From Fidelibacterota bacterium (lineage in GTDB: Bacteria > Fidelibacterota > UBA8477 > JABMPR01): a stretch of 64,000 bases of DNA. Position numbers and translations under genes: made by a program. Numbering within the stretch: the stretch's first letter is position 1; every line of letters begins with the position of its first letter. The DNA is taken from positions 4,874 through 68,873 of the forward strand of contig JAERTH010000039.1 in the NCBI GenBank assembly GCA_016844955.1. The letters are read 5' to 3'. The notes under the pieces were generated by a model. That model did no database searches and was not told where the DNA came from. It was given only the letters and a program-made list of their open reading frames with translations. Of the stretch, positions 50,092-59,413 are shown piece by piece.

Positions 50092-53000
50092 GGCGGGACA
50101 CCCCTTCCTCTTCCATGGTCACCCCATATAAAAATCTGGCTGCTTCCATGGTAAGTTTGTTATGCGTGATAACAATAAATTGTGTATTCGTGGTGAAATG
50201 CTCCAACATTTTTGTATACTTGCGGATATTTCTATCATCAAGCGGCGCGTCAACCTCATCCAGCACACAGTAAGGACTGGGTTTTACCTGATAGATTGCA
50301 AAAAGCAATGCGATTGCAGTCAATGCCTTTTCGCCAGCTGAAAGCATTTTCAAATGTTGTGTCTTTTTGCCCCGCGGTGTGGCTTTAATGATGATATCTG
50401 ATTCCAACACATCATCTGGATTTTCAAGTGCCAGGTTTGCTTCTCCACCATCAAACAGCATCTGAAAAGTGCCCTTGAAATGCTCTTGGATCATCCCAAA
50501 TGTTTCCCTGAACTGCTGTCTGGCGATACGATCAAGTTTTGAGATAGTCTCCAGTAGGCTGGATTTTGCCTCCAACAGGTCAGCCTGTTGTTCTTTTAGA
50601 AAATTAAGACGCCCCTGTTCCACCTCAAACTCATCCTGAACGGCCATATTGATGGGCCCCAGATCTTCAATAAATTTCTGACTACGACGAATGCGTTTTT
50701 CAATCTGTTCCTGATCAAAATCGGCTAGATCAAGCTCGTGAGGTAATTCACACTGATACTTTTCTTGAATTCGATCTAAAATGTTTTGCTGTTTCGCTTC
50801 AAAATTTGCAGCAGCAACAGACAGCTCACGCAATTCTTCTGCTGAAGCCTCGCGCTGGTGGTGATGATCACGGAGTCTGAGCTCCAATTCATTCAGCGAC
50901 TGACGCTTAACCTGTACTCTTCCGGTTAACTCTACCAAAAGTTCAGATTTCTGTTCCAGATCAGCCTTGACTGAAGCCAGGTGGTCTTTTTCGGCTTCTT
51001 TGGTATCGCGATTTAGTTTCAGGACTTCCTCGTGCTGAAGTTTTTCTTCCTCCAGTGCAAGTTGACGTGAAGCCATATCCTTGAGCGTCTCTGAAACACT
51101 TGCCAGGCGGGTTTCCAGATTGCGTTCTTCATTTTTGAGATTGACGTGCTCAAGACGGCCAGCCTGAGCGTCCTCACTGGTCTGATCCCTCTGGTTCAGC
51201 AGCCCCTGGAGTTCTGCCTCCATCTGGCTGATCTCAGATTCAACCTGCTTCCGCTCATCTTCAGCTTTGGTCAACTGGGGAATGAAAGCGGCGATACGGG
51301 ATTCGGCATCCTGAATGGCCTGGAGTAGTTCTTCAATTTCCTGGTCAACGCTTTTTGAGTCAGCTTCAGTTGAATTAATACCATATTGAGCTCGGGATGT
51401 TTTGCGCTCAACTTCCAGTAGAATCTGGCGCTGATCATCTCGGGAGGCTTTGCTGGTTCTTAGCTCACGCTCCATACTCCCTATCCGTTCATGATTTTTT
51501 TCAATGGAGACCGAGTGCTCATTTATTTCATCAACCAATTTAGAGAATTGGGCTCTTAATCTTTGGATACGATCTCGACGGCCAATAATGGTGTCTTCAG
51601 TCTCTCCTCCATCGCCCCCTCTTACCAGTCCAAAGGGATCGTAAAGGGTTCCTTCAACCGTAACAGCTCGTCCTGAAATGGTTTTCCAATCCGGGACAAA
51701 TTCATCATCTACCAGAGTAAGATCACTGAGCAGGAGACTGGCCAGATCTTCGTAACCAGCCTGCGGTGTCACAAAATCCAACGCAGCACCTATGACATGC
51801 TTGCCCTTTAGTAGAGCTTTATTGTTTGGTTTGGCATTTTTAATTGGATCAAGGGGCAGAAATGTTGCAGATCCTGCCTTCTGATTTTTAAGTGACGCAA
51901 TCGCCTCAATGGCCGAGATACGATCTTTGGTAACCAGGGCTTCGGCCAGTGGCCCCAGTGCAGTCTGGATGGCCTTCTCATAACGTTCATCAACGGTAAT
52001 GAGGTCCGCTACCGTTCCCAGGATCCCCAGCTTTTCAATATCAGCACTGAGGAGTGTCCTCACACCGCCAGAATAGCCTTCTCCCGATTCAAGTAGCTCT
52101 TCATAAAAATTCAGCTGATTTTCAACACTGACCCGCTGGCCGCGTTTTTTTGCCAATGTTTCCCGGGTCTCGTTAAGCTGGCTTTGTAACTCCTGAAAGG
52201 CAGCTTCCATTGAAACCACATTCTCTTCCAGCGCTTTGTATTGTTCTTCAGCTTCCTTGAAATCCGAAGCAACCAGATCCAATTCCTTGCGGTACTGTTC
52301 CTGAGAAACACCCAGCCTCTCTTTTTTTGTTTTCAAATGCTCAATAGTACTTTTGTGCTGGGTTAGTGCAGCTTCCTGGTGGCTCTTCTGATGATTGAGG
52401 TCACTCAGGCGGTTCAGAAGATCCAGATGTCGCTGATTGTGAACATCATGATCGGACTTGGCACTGCGATACTTTTCTACCGCTTCATCAAATGCTGCTT
52501 TAAACAGTTCATCTTTGGCTTTTGCTTCATCGATGCGTGGCTGGATATGAGCTTTTTCGTTGCTAAGTTCGGCTTCTAATGCATTGGATGATTCTTCACG
52601 CTCAATGAGTGTCGCCTGCTCAACCCGGATGCGATCCAGAGCAGTGGTAGCCCCGGCGATCTTCTCCTCCGCGATGAGCAGGGTTTGTTCAATATTTATT
52701 CGTTGGGTGTTGGCGGAGTTGACCTTTTCCTGCTGTTCGCCGTGATCTTTTTCAATGGCTACCAATTGTGCTTTGGCTTCTTCAACCCGTTTTTCTTCTA
52801 GATTTACTTCTTCCCCACTGGCTCCATAGCCATCCTTGAGTTGGGCAATGCGTGCTCGGATGGGAACAAGTTTTTCCAATACTTGTTCTGTCTGGAAGAC
52901 GGCCAGGGCAATCTCATCATCTTTTAACTGGCCCTGTACCCGGTCAAAGCGCTTGTATTTAGCCAACTGGCGACGGAGGGTTCCCACGCCCTTTTCAACC

Positions 53001-53590
53001 TCGCTGATAATATCATTCACCCGATTCAGATCAGTCTCAGTAGAATCCAGTCGACGCATGGATAGGCGACGCTGCTGCTTGTATTTGTTGATTCCTGAGG
53101 CTTCCTCGATCAGGCGGCGACGCTCTTCCTTGCTCTCGCTGAGTATGGATTCTACCATCTTCAGCTCAATAACGGAATATGCATCTGACCCCATACCGGT
53201 ATCCACAAACAGGTTGTGAATATCTTTCAGGCGACAGGCATTCTTATTAATAAAGAACTCACTGGCACCATCTCTGAAGACACGACGCGTGATTACCACC
53301 TCAGTATATTCAACGGGAAGTAGACCACGATCATTGTGAATGGTTAGTGAGACCTCGGCATAGTTGACTTGTTTTCTTTTATCAGTACCGCTGAATATGA
53401 CATCATGCATACTCTGGCTACGCAACACAGAGGATTTCTGTTCGCCCATAACCCAGCGAATGGCATCAACCACATTGGTTTTTCCACAGCCATTGGGACC
53501 CACAATACAGGTCAAGCCTTCCGCAAATTTCAGTTTGGTTGGCTCAGCAAAGGATTTGAATCCTTTTATCTCAAGATCAGATATATACAT
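50069..53590 (-). CDS. smc: Chromosome segregation protein SMC
   Basis: GFKSFA, GPNGCGKTN, coiled coils, hinge, LSAGEK, LDEVDAPLD, ITHNK. Confidence 0.98.
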   Translation of the reverse strand: MYISDLEIKGFKSFAEPTKLKFAEGLTCIVGPNGCGKTNVVDAIRWVMGEQKSSVLRSQSMHDVIFSGTDKRKQVNYAEVSLTIHNDRGLLPVEYTEVVITRRVFRDGASEFFINKNACRLKDIHNLFVDTGMGSDAYSVIELKMVESILSESKEERRRLIEEASGINKYKQQRRLSMRRLDSTETDLNRVNDIISEVEKGVGTLRRQLAKYKRFDRVQGQLKDDEIALAVFQTEQVLEKLVPIRARIAQLKDGYGASGEEVNLEEKRVEEAKAQLVAIEKDHGEQQEKVNSANTQRINIEQTLLIAEEKIAGATTALDRIRVEQATLIEREESSNALEAELSNEKAHIQPRIDEAKAKDELFKAAFDEAVEKYRSAKSDHDVHNQRHLDLLNRLSDLNHQKSHQEAALTQHKSTIEHLKTKKERLGVSQEQYRKELDLVASDFKEAEEQYKALEENVVSMEAAFQELQSQLNETRETLAKKRGQRVSVENQLNFYEELLESGEGYSGGVRTLLSADIEKLGILGTVADLITVDERYEKAIQTALGPLAEALVTKDRISAIEAIASLKNQKAGSATFLPLDPIKNAKPNNKALLKGKHVIGAALDFVTPQAGYEDLASLLLSDLTLVDDEFVPDWKTISGRAVTVEGTLYDPFGLVRGGDGGETEDTIIGRRDRIQRLRAQFSKLVDEINEHSVSIEKNHERIGSMERELRTSKASRDDQRQILLEVERKTSRAQYGINSTEADSKSVDQEIEELLQAIQDAESRIAAFIPQLTKAEDERKQVESEISQMEAELQGLLNQRDQTSEDAQAGRLEHVNLKNEERNLETRLASVSETLKDMASRQLALEEEKLQHEEVLKLNRDTKEAEKDHLASVKADLEQKSELLVELTGRVQVKRQSLNELELRLRDHHHQREASAEELRELSVAAANFEAKQQNILDRIQEKYQCELPHELDLADFDQEQIEKRIRRSQKFIEDLGPINMAVQDEFEVEQGRLNFLKEQQADLLEAKSSLLETISKLDRIARQQFRETFGMIQEHFKGTFQMLFDGGEANLALENPDDVLESDIIIKATPRGKKTQHLKMLSAGEKALTAIALLFAIYQVKPSPYCVLDEVDAPLDDRNIRKYTKMLEHFTTNTQFIVITHNKLTMEAARFLYGVTMEEEGVSRLVSVQFT

Positions 53591-53657
53591 GCGGTGTTTT
53601 GGTCTCCGTTACAGCTACAGAAAAAGTCGTCTCAATCGAACGCGTTTAATTGGGTTA

Positions 53658-54002
53658 TTAACCTGGTGGCCAGGTCATGTTCCTACCACCCAGGACATGC
53701 ATATGAAGATGGAAAACAGTTTGACCCGCTCGCTCTCCATTGTTCATCACCAACCGAAAGCCATCCGCCAGACCGGCTTCCTTCGCAAGATCTGCCCCCA
53801 GCTTAACCAGCTTTCCCATGAGTGTTTCATCAGCCTGAGTCACTTCTGCGGGTCCGGCCATGTGTTTGCGGGGGATCACCAGAATATGAGTTGGTGCCTG
53901 TGGACTGATGTCATTGAATGCAACCACATCATCATCTTCATAGATTAATTTTGCCGGGATATCACCATTGATGATTTTGCAAAAAATACATTCTTGCGAC
54001 AT
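53658..54002 (-). CDS. HIT family nucleotide-binding protein (HinT-like)
   Basis: CIFCKI, PQAPTH, HLHMH triad. Confidence 0.93.
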   Translation of the reverse strand: MSQECIFCKIINGDIPAKLIYEDDDVVAFNDISPQAPTHILVIPRKHMAGPAEVTQADETLMGKLVKLGADLAKEAGLADGFRLVMNNGERAGQTVFHLHMHVLGGRNMTWPPG

Positions 54003-54020
54003 GCTATCTCCTTAATGGGG

Positions 54021-54749
54021 TTAGACGGGATCCTGAAGAATTGCAGATACCATTCCGACTGCATGAATGGCAGCCGTTTCCGCACGTAAACGCCTGGGTC
54101 CCAGACCCGTGAAAGTATAGTCGGAAACTGATGCGAAATCAATTTCATCCTTGGACCAATCTCCTTCTGGACCAATCCAGATGATCACACGTCTGGCATG
54201 GTAAAGCTGCTTATGAGAATTCAGCAAAGAATGGCTCGATTCATCAGCGTGGCAGAACAGATGTGTGCCTTCTGCATAGCCCTCAGCGGCTGTTTTAAAT
54301 GGCGTAATTTCGTGAATCTCAGGTAAAATTGAGCGTCGGCTCTGTTTCATGGCTGCAATAGCAATTCGCTCCAAACGCTTGCGATTCACACCCTTTTTGA
54401 TAGTGTGTTCTGTGAGCAGGGGTATGATTTTCTGGACACCGAGTTCAGTGGCTTTTTCAACAATGAGATTGAGGTGATCGCCCTTAAGATTGGCTACAGC
54501 CAGGATCAGTTCGGTGTTTAATTCTCCCCGATGGGGCATTTCCTCTACTACTATTAGATCGAGCGAGCTGTCTCCGATGGAATCAATCTGAGCCTGAGCG
54601 GCCACACCTCTTCCATTAACAACCCAGATTTGGTTACCGATATTAAAGCGCCGAACGCGAATGAGATGATGAAATTCAGAACCGTCTATGGTGAGACGTG
54701 CTTGCCCGCTTGAGTATGCCGGCCAGTAGACTTGCTCACCGGTGATCAC
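54021..54749 (-). CDS. rsmE: 16S rRNA m3U1498 methyltransferase
   Basis: EKATELGV, AMKQSRR, IGPEG, LRAETAA. Confidence 0.95.
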   Translation of the reverse strand: MITGEQVYWPAYSSGQARLTIDGSEFHHLIRVRRFNIGNQIWVVNGRGVAAQAQIDSIGDSSLDLIVVEEMPHRGELNTELILAVANLKGDHLNLIVEKATELGVQKIIPLLTEHTIKKGVNRKRLERIAIAAMKQSRRSILPEIHEITPFKTAAEGYAEGTHLFCHADESSHSLLNSHKQLYHARRVIIWIGPEGDWSKDEIDFASVSDYTFTGLGPRRLRAETAAIHAVGMVSAILQDPV

Positions 54750-55351
54750 CGGTGGAGAAACTCCATTCCTGCTTGAAAAAAGATGCCTTGATAGGTCTTC
54801 TGAGCATCTATCACTTCGTTGAATGACATATAATCATAACCCAATCTGAAATTATAGGAAGCACCTTGCCCATTGAGAATTCTTAAATGGACCCCAGCTC
54901 TAAACATGGGAGCGAGGCTGGTTTCAACATCCTGCCAGCGCTCAAAAAGCTTCTCATTGTCATCCGTGTTTAATGCCCAAACGGGTCCAGCACATGCAAA
55001 ACCACCGACTTGCATGGAGGGGTGCATGGAATCAATAAAGGGAAACCAGGTAGCGCCGGGTAATATTTTAACAAAACTCAGATTGCGGCTATTAAGGGAC
55101 ACTGGTTGACTGTAATAGTTGTAATATGTGAAGGTGTCGTTGTTCTCTACCAGGGACCAATCCATCTCTACGTCGAAGCTCAATGCTTCTGAGGGATGAA
55201 AACTATAGAACCCACCAAAGCTACCACCATAGCTCAGTAATTCCATATCAAGACCCATGGTGTTGAACCTCACCGTTTCCAGGGGTTGTGCATGCAAAGC
55301 GGTGAAGAGGCTTAGCGACAGAAGTATCGCTAAGAAGCGAATTGGTTTCAT
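54746..55351 (-). CDS. Exported hypothetical protein, possible outer-membrane beta-barrel
   Basis: Signal peptide, alternating hydrophobic strands, aromatic C terminus (FFQAGMEFLHR). Confidence 0.55.
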   Translation of the reverse strand: MKPIRFLAILLSLSLFTALHAQPLETVRFNTMGLDMELLSYGGSFGGFYSFHPSEALSFDVEMDWSLVENNDTFTYYNYYSQPVSLNSRNLSFVKILPGATWFPFIDSMHPSMQVGGFACAGPVWALNTDDNEKLFERWQDVETSLAPMFRAGVHLRILNGQGASYNFRLGYDYMSFNEVIDAQKTYQGIFFQAGMEFLHR

Positions 55352-55812
55352 CTATAACGTATCATTTTCAGTTCATGATAGTCTGTAGCACGAACAAAGC
55401 AAATTTCATCCATATAGTTTTCGATAAACAGGAGGCCGCGACCATTGCAGCGCATCCGTTGACCAGGAGAGGTGGGATCATCGAGACAATCACGGTCGAA
55501 CCCTAGTCCTTTGTCACGAATTCGCATTTCCAGGTGAGAATCGTACAGGGTCATATTAATGGAAACTTCCTGATCCGACCCATTTCCATTCCCATGTTTA
55601 ATTGCATTATTTACACCCTCTTGAAGGGCGAGAATAATATCCTGGCGAATGTCTGTGGGATAGCTGGTATGGCTTAACACGTTGTGGGCGAAATCCTGAA
55701 CTCTCTCAATTTCTTTGATGTCTGACGGGATGGCCAGAAAATGATCAAAGACTTGCCTGTTATTCATATACTTCACGGCCGGAATTATAAGAACAAAAGG
55801 GGCTGTGGACAA
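55348..55812 (-). CDS. RsbW-like anti-sigma factor / Ser-Thr kinase (HATPase)
   Basis: ALQEGVNNAIKHGN, IRDKGLGFD, GRGLLFIENYMD. Confidence 0.85.
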   Translation of the reverse strand: MSTAPFVLIIPAVKYMNNRQVFDHFLAIPSDIKEIERVQDFAHNVLSHTSYPTDIRQDIILALQEGVNNAIKHGNGNGSDQEVSINMTLYDSHLEMRIRDKGLGFDRDCLDDPTSPGQRMRCNGRGLLFIENYMDEICFVRATDYHELKMIRYR

Positions 55813-55854
55813 GTACGTTCAATGCTGAATTTCCAGTATAAGATTGGGGAAAAA

Positions 55855-56043
55855 CTAGTCTTCCAGCTCTTTGAAGTCAGCATCTTCAATATCTGCCTCA
55901 TCTACATGTAAGCGAGCATGAGCGTCCCCGCTCTCCTTTTTCACTTCAGGTGCATTGGGGTCAACAATCTTGAGACTGGTCAGCATTTTCCCGAGGTATT
56001 TAAGCACGAAATAAGTAAGGGCTATAAGCAAAAGATATTTCAT
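55855..56043 (-). CDS. Small membrane-anchored hypothetical protein
   Basis: ATG at 56043 after AAGGTG; N-terminal TM helix, acidic tail IEDADFKELED; fills the operon gap. Confidence 0.65.
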   Translation of the reverse strand: MKYLLLIALTYFVLKYLGKMLTSLKIVDPNAPEVKKESGDAHARLHVDEADIEDADFKELED

Positions 56044-56047
56044 AATT

Positions 56048-56686
56048 TCACCTTTTGATCGGGTTGTAAAATTTGGTGCCCTCAATGGGTTGACGAATGG
56101 TGGTCAGGAGATCCGTCAAATCATCTTCATCATTAACAAAATCAATATCTGTGGCATTGATGATAAGCAGCGGAGAGGCCTTGTAGCGGAAAAAATATTC
56201 ATTGTAGACCTGATTGAGAGCAACAATATAGTCACTGTTAATGTTAGACTCAAAATCCCGACCGCGTTTCCTGATATTGTATAAGAGACGGTCCGTATCA
56301 GCCTGGAGGTAGATGACCAGGTCCGGATGGGTGATGGTTTCTTCCATCATACCTGCAATCCGATCGTAGAGTCCCATTTCATTCTCATCCAGATTGAGAT
56401 AGGCAAAAAGACGATCCTTTTGAAACATATAATCCGTGATCAACAATTTTGAGAAAAGCTCGGTCTGTCTTAAATCCTGGAATTGGCGATAGCGGCTTAG
56501 GAGGAAAAATAGCTGGGTTTGAAAAGCATAGCGTCTGCGATCGCCATAAAAGGAGGACAGGAATGGATTCTCTTCAAACTCTTCCAATACCAGACGTGCA
56601 TCCAGATGTTTTGTAAGTCGTTCAGCTAGACTTGTCTTACCTACTCCAATGACTCCTTCAATGGCAATATGATAGAGATTTCTCAT
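56048..56686 (-). CDS. Deoxynucleoside kinase family protein
   Basis: IEGVIGVGKTS, QTQLFFLLSR, PDLVIYLQA, RGRDFE. Confidence 0.92.
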   Translation of the reverse strand: MRNLYHIAIEGVIGVGKTSLAERLTKHLDARLVLEEFEENPFLSSFYGDRRRYAFQTQLFFLLSRYRQFQDLRQTELFSKLLITDYMFQKDRLFAYLNLDENEMGLYDRIAGMMEETITHPDLVIYLQADTDRLLYNIRKRGRDFESNINSDYIVALNQVYNEYFFRYKASPLLIINATDIDFVNDEDDLTDLLTTIRQPIEGTKFYNPIKR

Positions 56687-57186
56687 GCTTCCAGTGTTTG
56701 CCCCTCAAAAAGTTTTACCCAACTTGAATCCGTACAATCTGCCAACAATTTGGCCACACTATTTCCGGTAATGGGATCAATAAAACTTGCTGCTATTTCT
56801 GCCAAGGGCTCCAGGACAAAGCGTCTCTCCCTGAAGCGGGGATGGGGAATCTCAAGATCTGTTTGCTGTACGGCTTCATTCCCGAAAAAGATGATATCAA
56901 GATCAAGATTTCGCGGTCCTTTTGGAATTTCTGATTCACGATCCCGTTCTGCTTTATTCTCCAGTTCCACTAAATAGTCCAACAACTCACTGGCCGAGAG
57001 CTCTGTTTCCAGACTGATGGCCGCATTGACAAATGCATCTTGAACAACATCACCAACCGGTTCTGTGAGATATAACCTGCTTATTTTGGTCTGAGGGAAT
57101 TTGATCGACAAGTTCTCGTAGGCCGTCTGAATTTTGACGTGGGGGTCATTCTGATTGGAACCGACACTGACGATGGCTCTGGTCAT
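56683..57186 (-). CDS. folK: HPPK
   Basis: GSN, YLTEPVG, FVNAA, GPRNLDLDI, IPHP, RRFVLEPL. Confidence 0.96.
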   Translation of the reverse strand: MTRAIVSVGSNQNDPHVKIQTAYENLSIKFPQTKISRLYLTEPVGDVVQDAFVNAAISLETELSASELLDYLVELENKAERDRESEIPKGPRNLDLDIIFFGNEAVQQTDLEIPHPRFRERRFVLEPLAEIAASFIDPITGNSVAKLLADCTDSSWVKLFEGQTLEA

Positions 57187-57548
57187 ACCTGCTTCCCTTT
57201 GCGGGTAACTTCAACTTCCACATAATCCAGAACAGCATCGATGGGGACTTTTTTCTTGCGAACCACGACGGTCATCTCATCTACATCAAATTGATTATAG
57301 AGGGCATCGGCAATATTGTCAGCCAGGGTCTCAATCAGATGGTATTTCCGGCCGGTAACCATGTCCTTGACCACGGCATACACTTCCTGATAATCGACCG
57401 CTTTATGCAGGGTATCCTCAGAAGCGCAACGGCTGAAAGGATAGCGAATTTTAACATCGACCTCAAAACGCCCGCCCAGCTCCTTTTCGAAATCCTGGAC
57501 TCCGTGGTAGCCGTAAAAAACAAGGTTCTTGATGGTTAGAATTCCCAT
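57183..57548 (-). CDS. folB: Dihydroneopterin aldolase
   Basis: FYGYHGV..FE, VDY, LIETLA; overlaps folK start. Confidence 0.95.
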   Translation of the reverse strand: MGILTIKNLVFYGYHGVQDFEKELGGRFEVDVKIRYPFSRCASEDTLHKAVDYQEVYAVVKDMVTGRKYHLIETLADNIADALYNQFDVDEMTVVVRKKKVPIDAVLDYVEVEVTRKGKQV

Positions 57549-57618
57549 AGCACGGAAATCTACTTAGCCAACGTAAAATTACAAATGGCTTTACACCCCA
57601 ATAGCAAATTGAGTCCGC

Positions 57619-57652
57619 AAAGAAAAAAGCCGCCTCCTAAAGAAGCGGCTCT
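57619..57652 (-). terminator. Intrinsic terminator
   Basis: Minus strand AGCCGCTTC...GAGGCGGCT followed by TTTTTCTTT. Confidence 0.72.
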
Positions 57653-57710
57653 TGGGGCTGGCGTTTTTACACACCAGGATGAACAACCCCATTGTAAGGA
57701 ATGGTCTATT

Positions 57711-58283
57711 CTATAAATCCTGATGAGGATACATACCAGGTAATCGCAACAAGAGTTGTGGTATGGGTTCACCGTATATTGGGCCGGAGGAGTAATTTGG
57801 TGGGGCTTCCATACCCTGGAACGCATAGTTGTTGCCATCAAAATAGAGTAGACTTTTGGTGTGGTCAGGATGTGTCAGGATCAGTGACTCAGAGCCCTCA
57901 GAAAGTCTAGTAAATGAATCAATCCGCCAACTATTGAGCCACTTAAAATCATCACCGAGTTCAGCAAATGCTTTACCGGCTCCAATCAAGTAGATGTTCT
58001 CGTCATTGGCATGCAAAAAGATAATGCCCCTTTTATGTGAGTTATTATTTATGATCTGAATAGCTGCATCTACAGCACCATCTCCATTGAAATCCCCATA
58101 CTGTGCATAGGTTTCCATCTGGAAATAGACATCGAAAGCGTCAAAGAAATCTGTCTCTACCAGTGTATCATAAACGCCTTTGGGAAGATCATTATATCGG
58201 TCAATGGAAGTAGAGTCCTGGGCAAACACTGACATACTCAGTATCAATGTGATCAGGGTTAGGTGGCTCAAATTTGTTTTCAT
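57711..58283 (-). CDS. Exported hypothetical protein
   Basis: ATG 58283 after TGGAGG; signal peptide; GDFNGDG (FG-GAP/EF-hand-like) motif; track start 58340. Confidence 0.65.
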   Translation of the reverse strand: MKTNLSHLTLITLILSMSVFAQDSTSIDRYNDLPKGVYDTLVETDFFDAFDVYFQMETYAQYGDFNGDGAVDAAIQIINNNSHKRGIIFLHANDENIYLIGAGKAFAELGDDFKWLNSWRIDSFTRLSEGSESLILTHPDHTKSLLYFDGNNYAFQGMEAPPNYSSGPIYGEPIPQLLLRLPGMYPHQDL

Positions 58284-58386
58284 CTTCAACCTCCAGGGGT
58301 CATGTTGTTCATCCTGAGCTAAAGTACAAAACCTGCTCATCTCTTCTATCGGGGAGCGCCTTATTGTGTGGTAGGAAATCCCTTAC

Positions 58387-58434
58387 TCAGTTATTGAGTT
58401 ACTGAGTTTTTGAATTGATGAGTTTGTGAGTTAG
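58387..58434. repeat. Six tandem octamers, consensus TGAGTTNN
   Basis: tcagttat tgagttac tgagtttt tgaattga tgagtttg tgagttag. Confidence 0.85.
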
Positions 58435-58467
58435 ATGGGGCATCTCAATTTATGAGATAATCTAACT

Positions 58468-58675
58468 CGTCTCCCTGAGCGGAGTCTAAGGGTCATGGAA
58501 CACGAGTTACTGAGTTCAATGAGATATCTCATTTTCATAAGATAATTCAGCCCGTCTCCCTGAGCGGAGTCGAAGGGTCATGGGATTTGAGTTATTGAGT
58601 TGAATGAGTTTCTGTGTTTGATTGGGTTGTGGGTTTCTAGACCGCGCGGTGGCGAAGCTGGAACTCGAAGGGTGG
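58468..58675. repeat. Three REP-like hairpins in direct orientation, about 85-88 bp apart
   Basis: CGTCTCCCTGAGCGGAGTC(T/G)AAGGGTCATGG at 58468-58498 and 58553-58583 (30/31 identical); longer variant at 58641-58675. Confidence 0.85.
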
Positions 58676-58765
58676 AGAAGCTCGTGGAAGTAAGGTCTGG
58701 GGTATAGAGGTATAAGCGTATGGGGGTATAGGGGTTCGTGAATTACAGAGTTGAAAAATGTGAGG

Positions 58766-59413
58766 TTATTCCAGAGAGGTCAGACCTTCCCTGATGGCAT
58801 ATTTTGTAAGCTCTGGAATTGAGTTCAATTTTAATTTGGCCTTAATTTTAGCACGATGTGCTTCCACTGTTTTCACACTGATGAACAGGGTCTCTGCGAT
58901 TTCCTGGGTGGCTTTGCCCTCGGCAATGAGTTGTAGAACTTCACGCTCACGACTGGATAATTCTGAAACGTCTCCCCCCTGCTCCACGAGCTTGCCTACA
59001 TAGTCATTCAGAACCGTGGTGGAGATTTCCTCACTGATGTAGTAGCGATCCTGGAGCACTTCCCTGACTGCCTTGATCAACTCACTACCAGCACAATCTT
59101 TTAACAAATAACCCTTGGCTCCAGCTTTGAGCATGCCTGTAACAAAATGTCTATCAGAGTGCATGGAGAGCGCTACCACTTTTAAACCAGGATTTTCCTG
59201 AAGCACTTGTCGCGTGGCTTCTATTCCGTTCAGCTCTGGCATGGCAATATCCATAACAATGACATCAGCTTCCATTTTGCGGGCCAACTTGACTACCTCG
59301 CGACCATTTTCAGCTTGAGCAATTACAGTGAAGCCTAATTCACTATTCAGAATGGAAAGCAAGCCCTCTCTGAAAAGGGTATGGTCATCAGCTAGAATAA
59401 TATTTACAGACAT
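58766..59413 (-). CDS. NarL/LuxR family response regulator
   Basis: LADDH, VMDI (phosphoacceptor Asp), GYLLK, LSSREREVLQLIAEG HTH. Confidence 0.96.
   Translation of the reverse strand: MSVNIILADDHTLFREGLLSILNSELGFTVIAQAENGREVVKLARKMEADVIVMDIAMPELNGIEATRQVLQENPGLKVVALSMHSDRHFVTGMLKAGAKGYLLKDCAGSELIKAVREVLQDRYYISEEISTTVLNDYVGKLVEQGGDVSELSSREREVLQLIAEGKATQEIAETLFISVKTVEAHRAKIKAKLKLNSIPELTKYAIREGLTSLE

Noticed and set aside
58468-58675. Repeat-spacer-repeat pattern as a CRISPR array
   Set aside because: Only two near-identical repeats, the spacers resemble each other and are built from low-complexity octamers, and there are no cas genes
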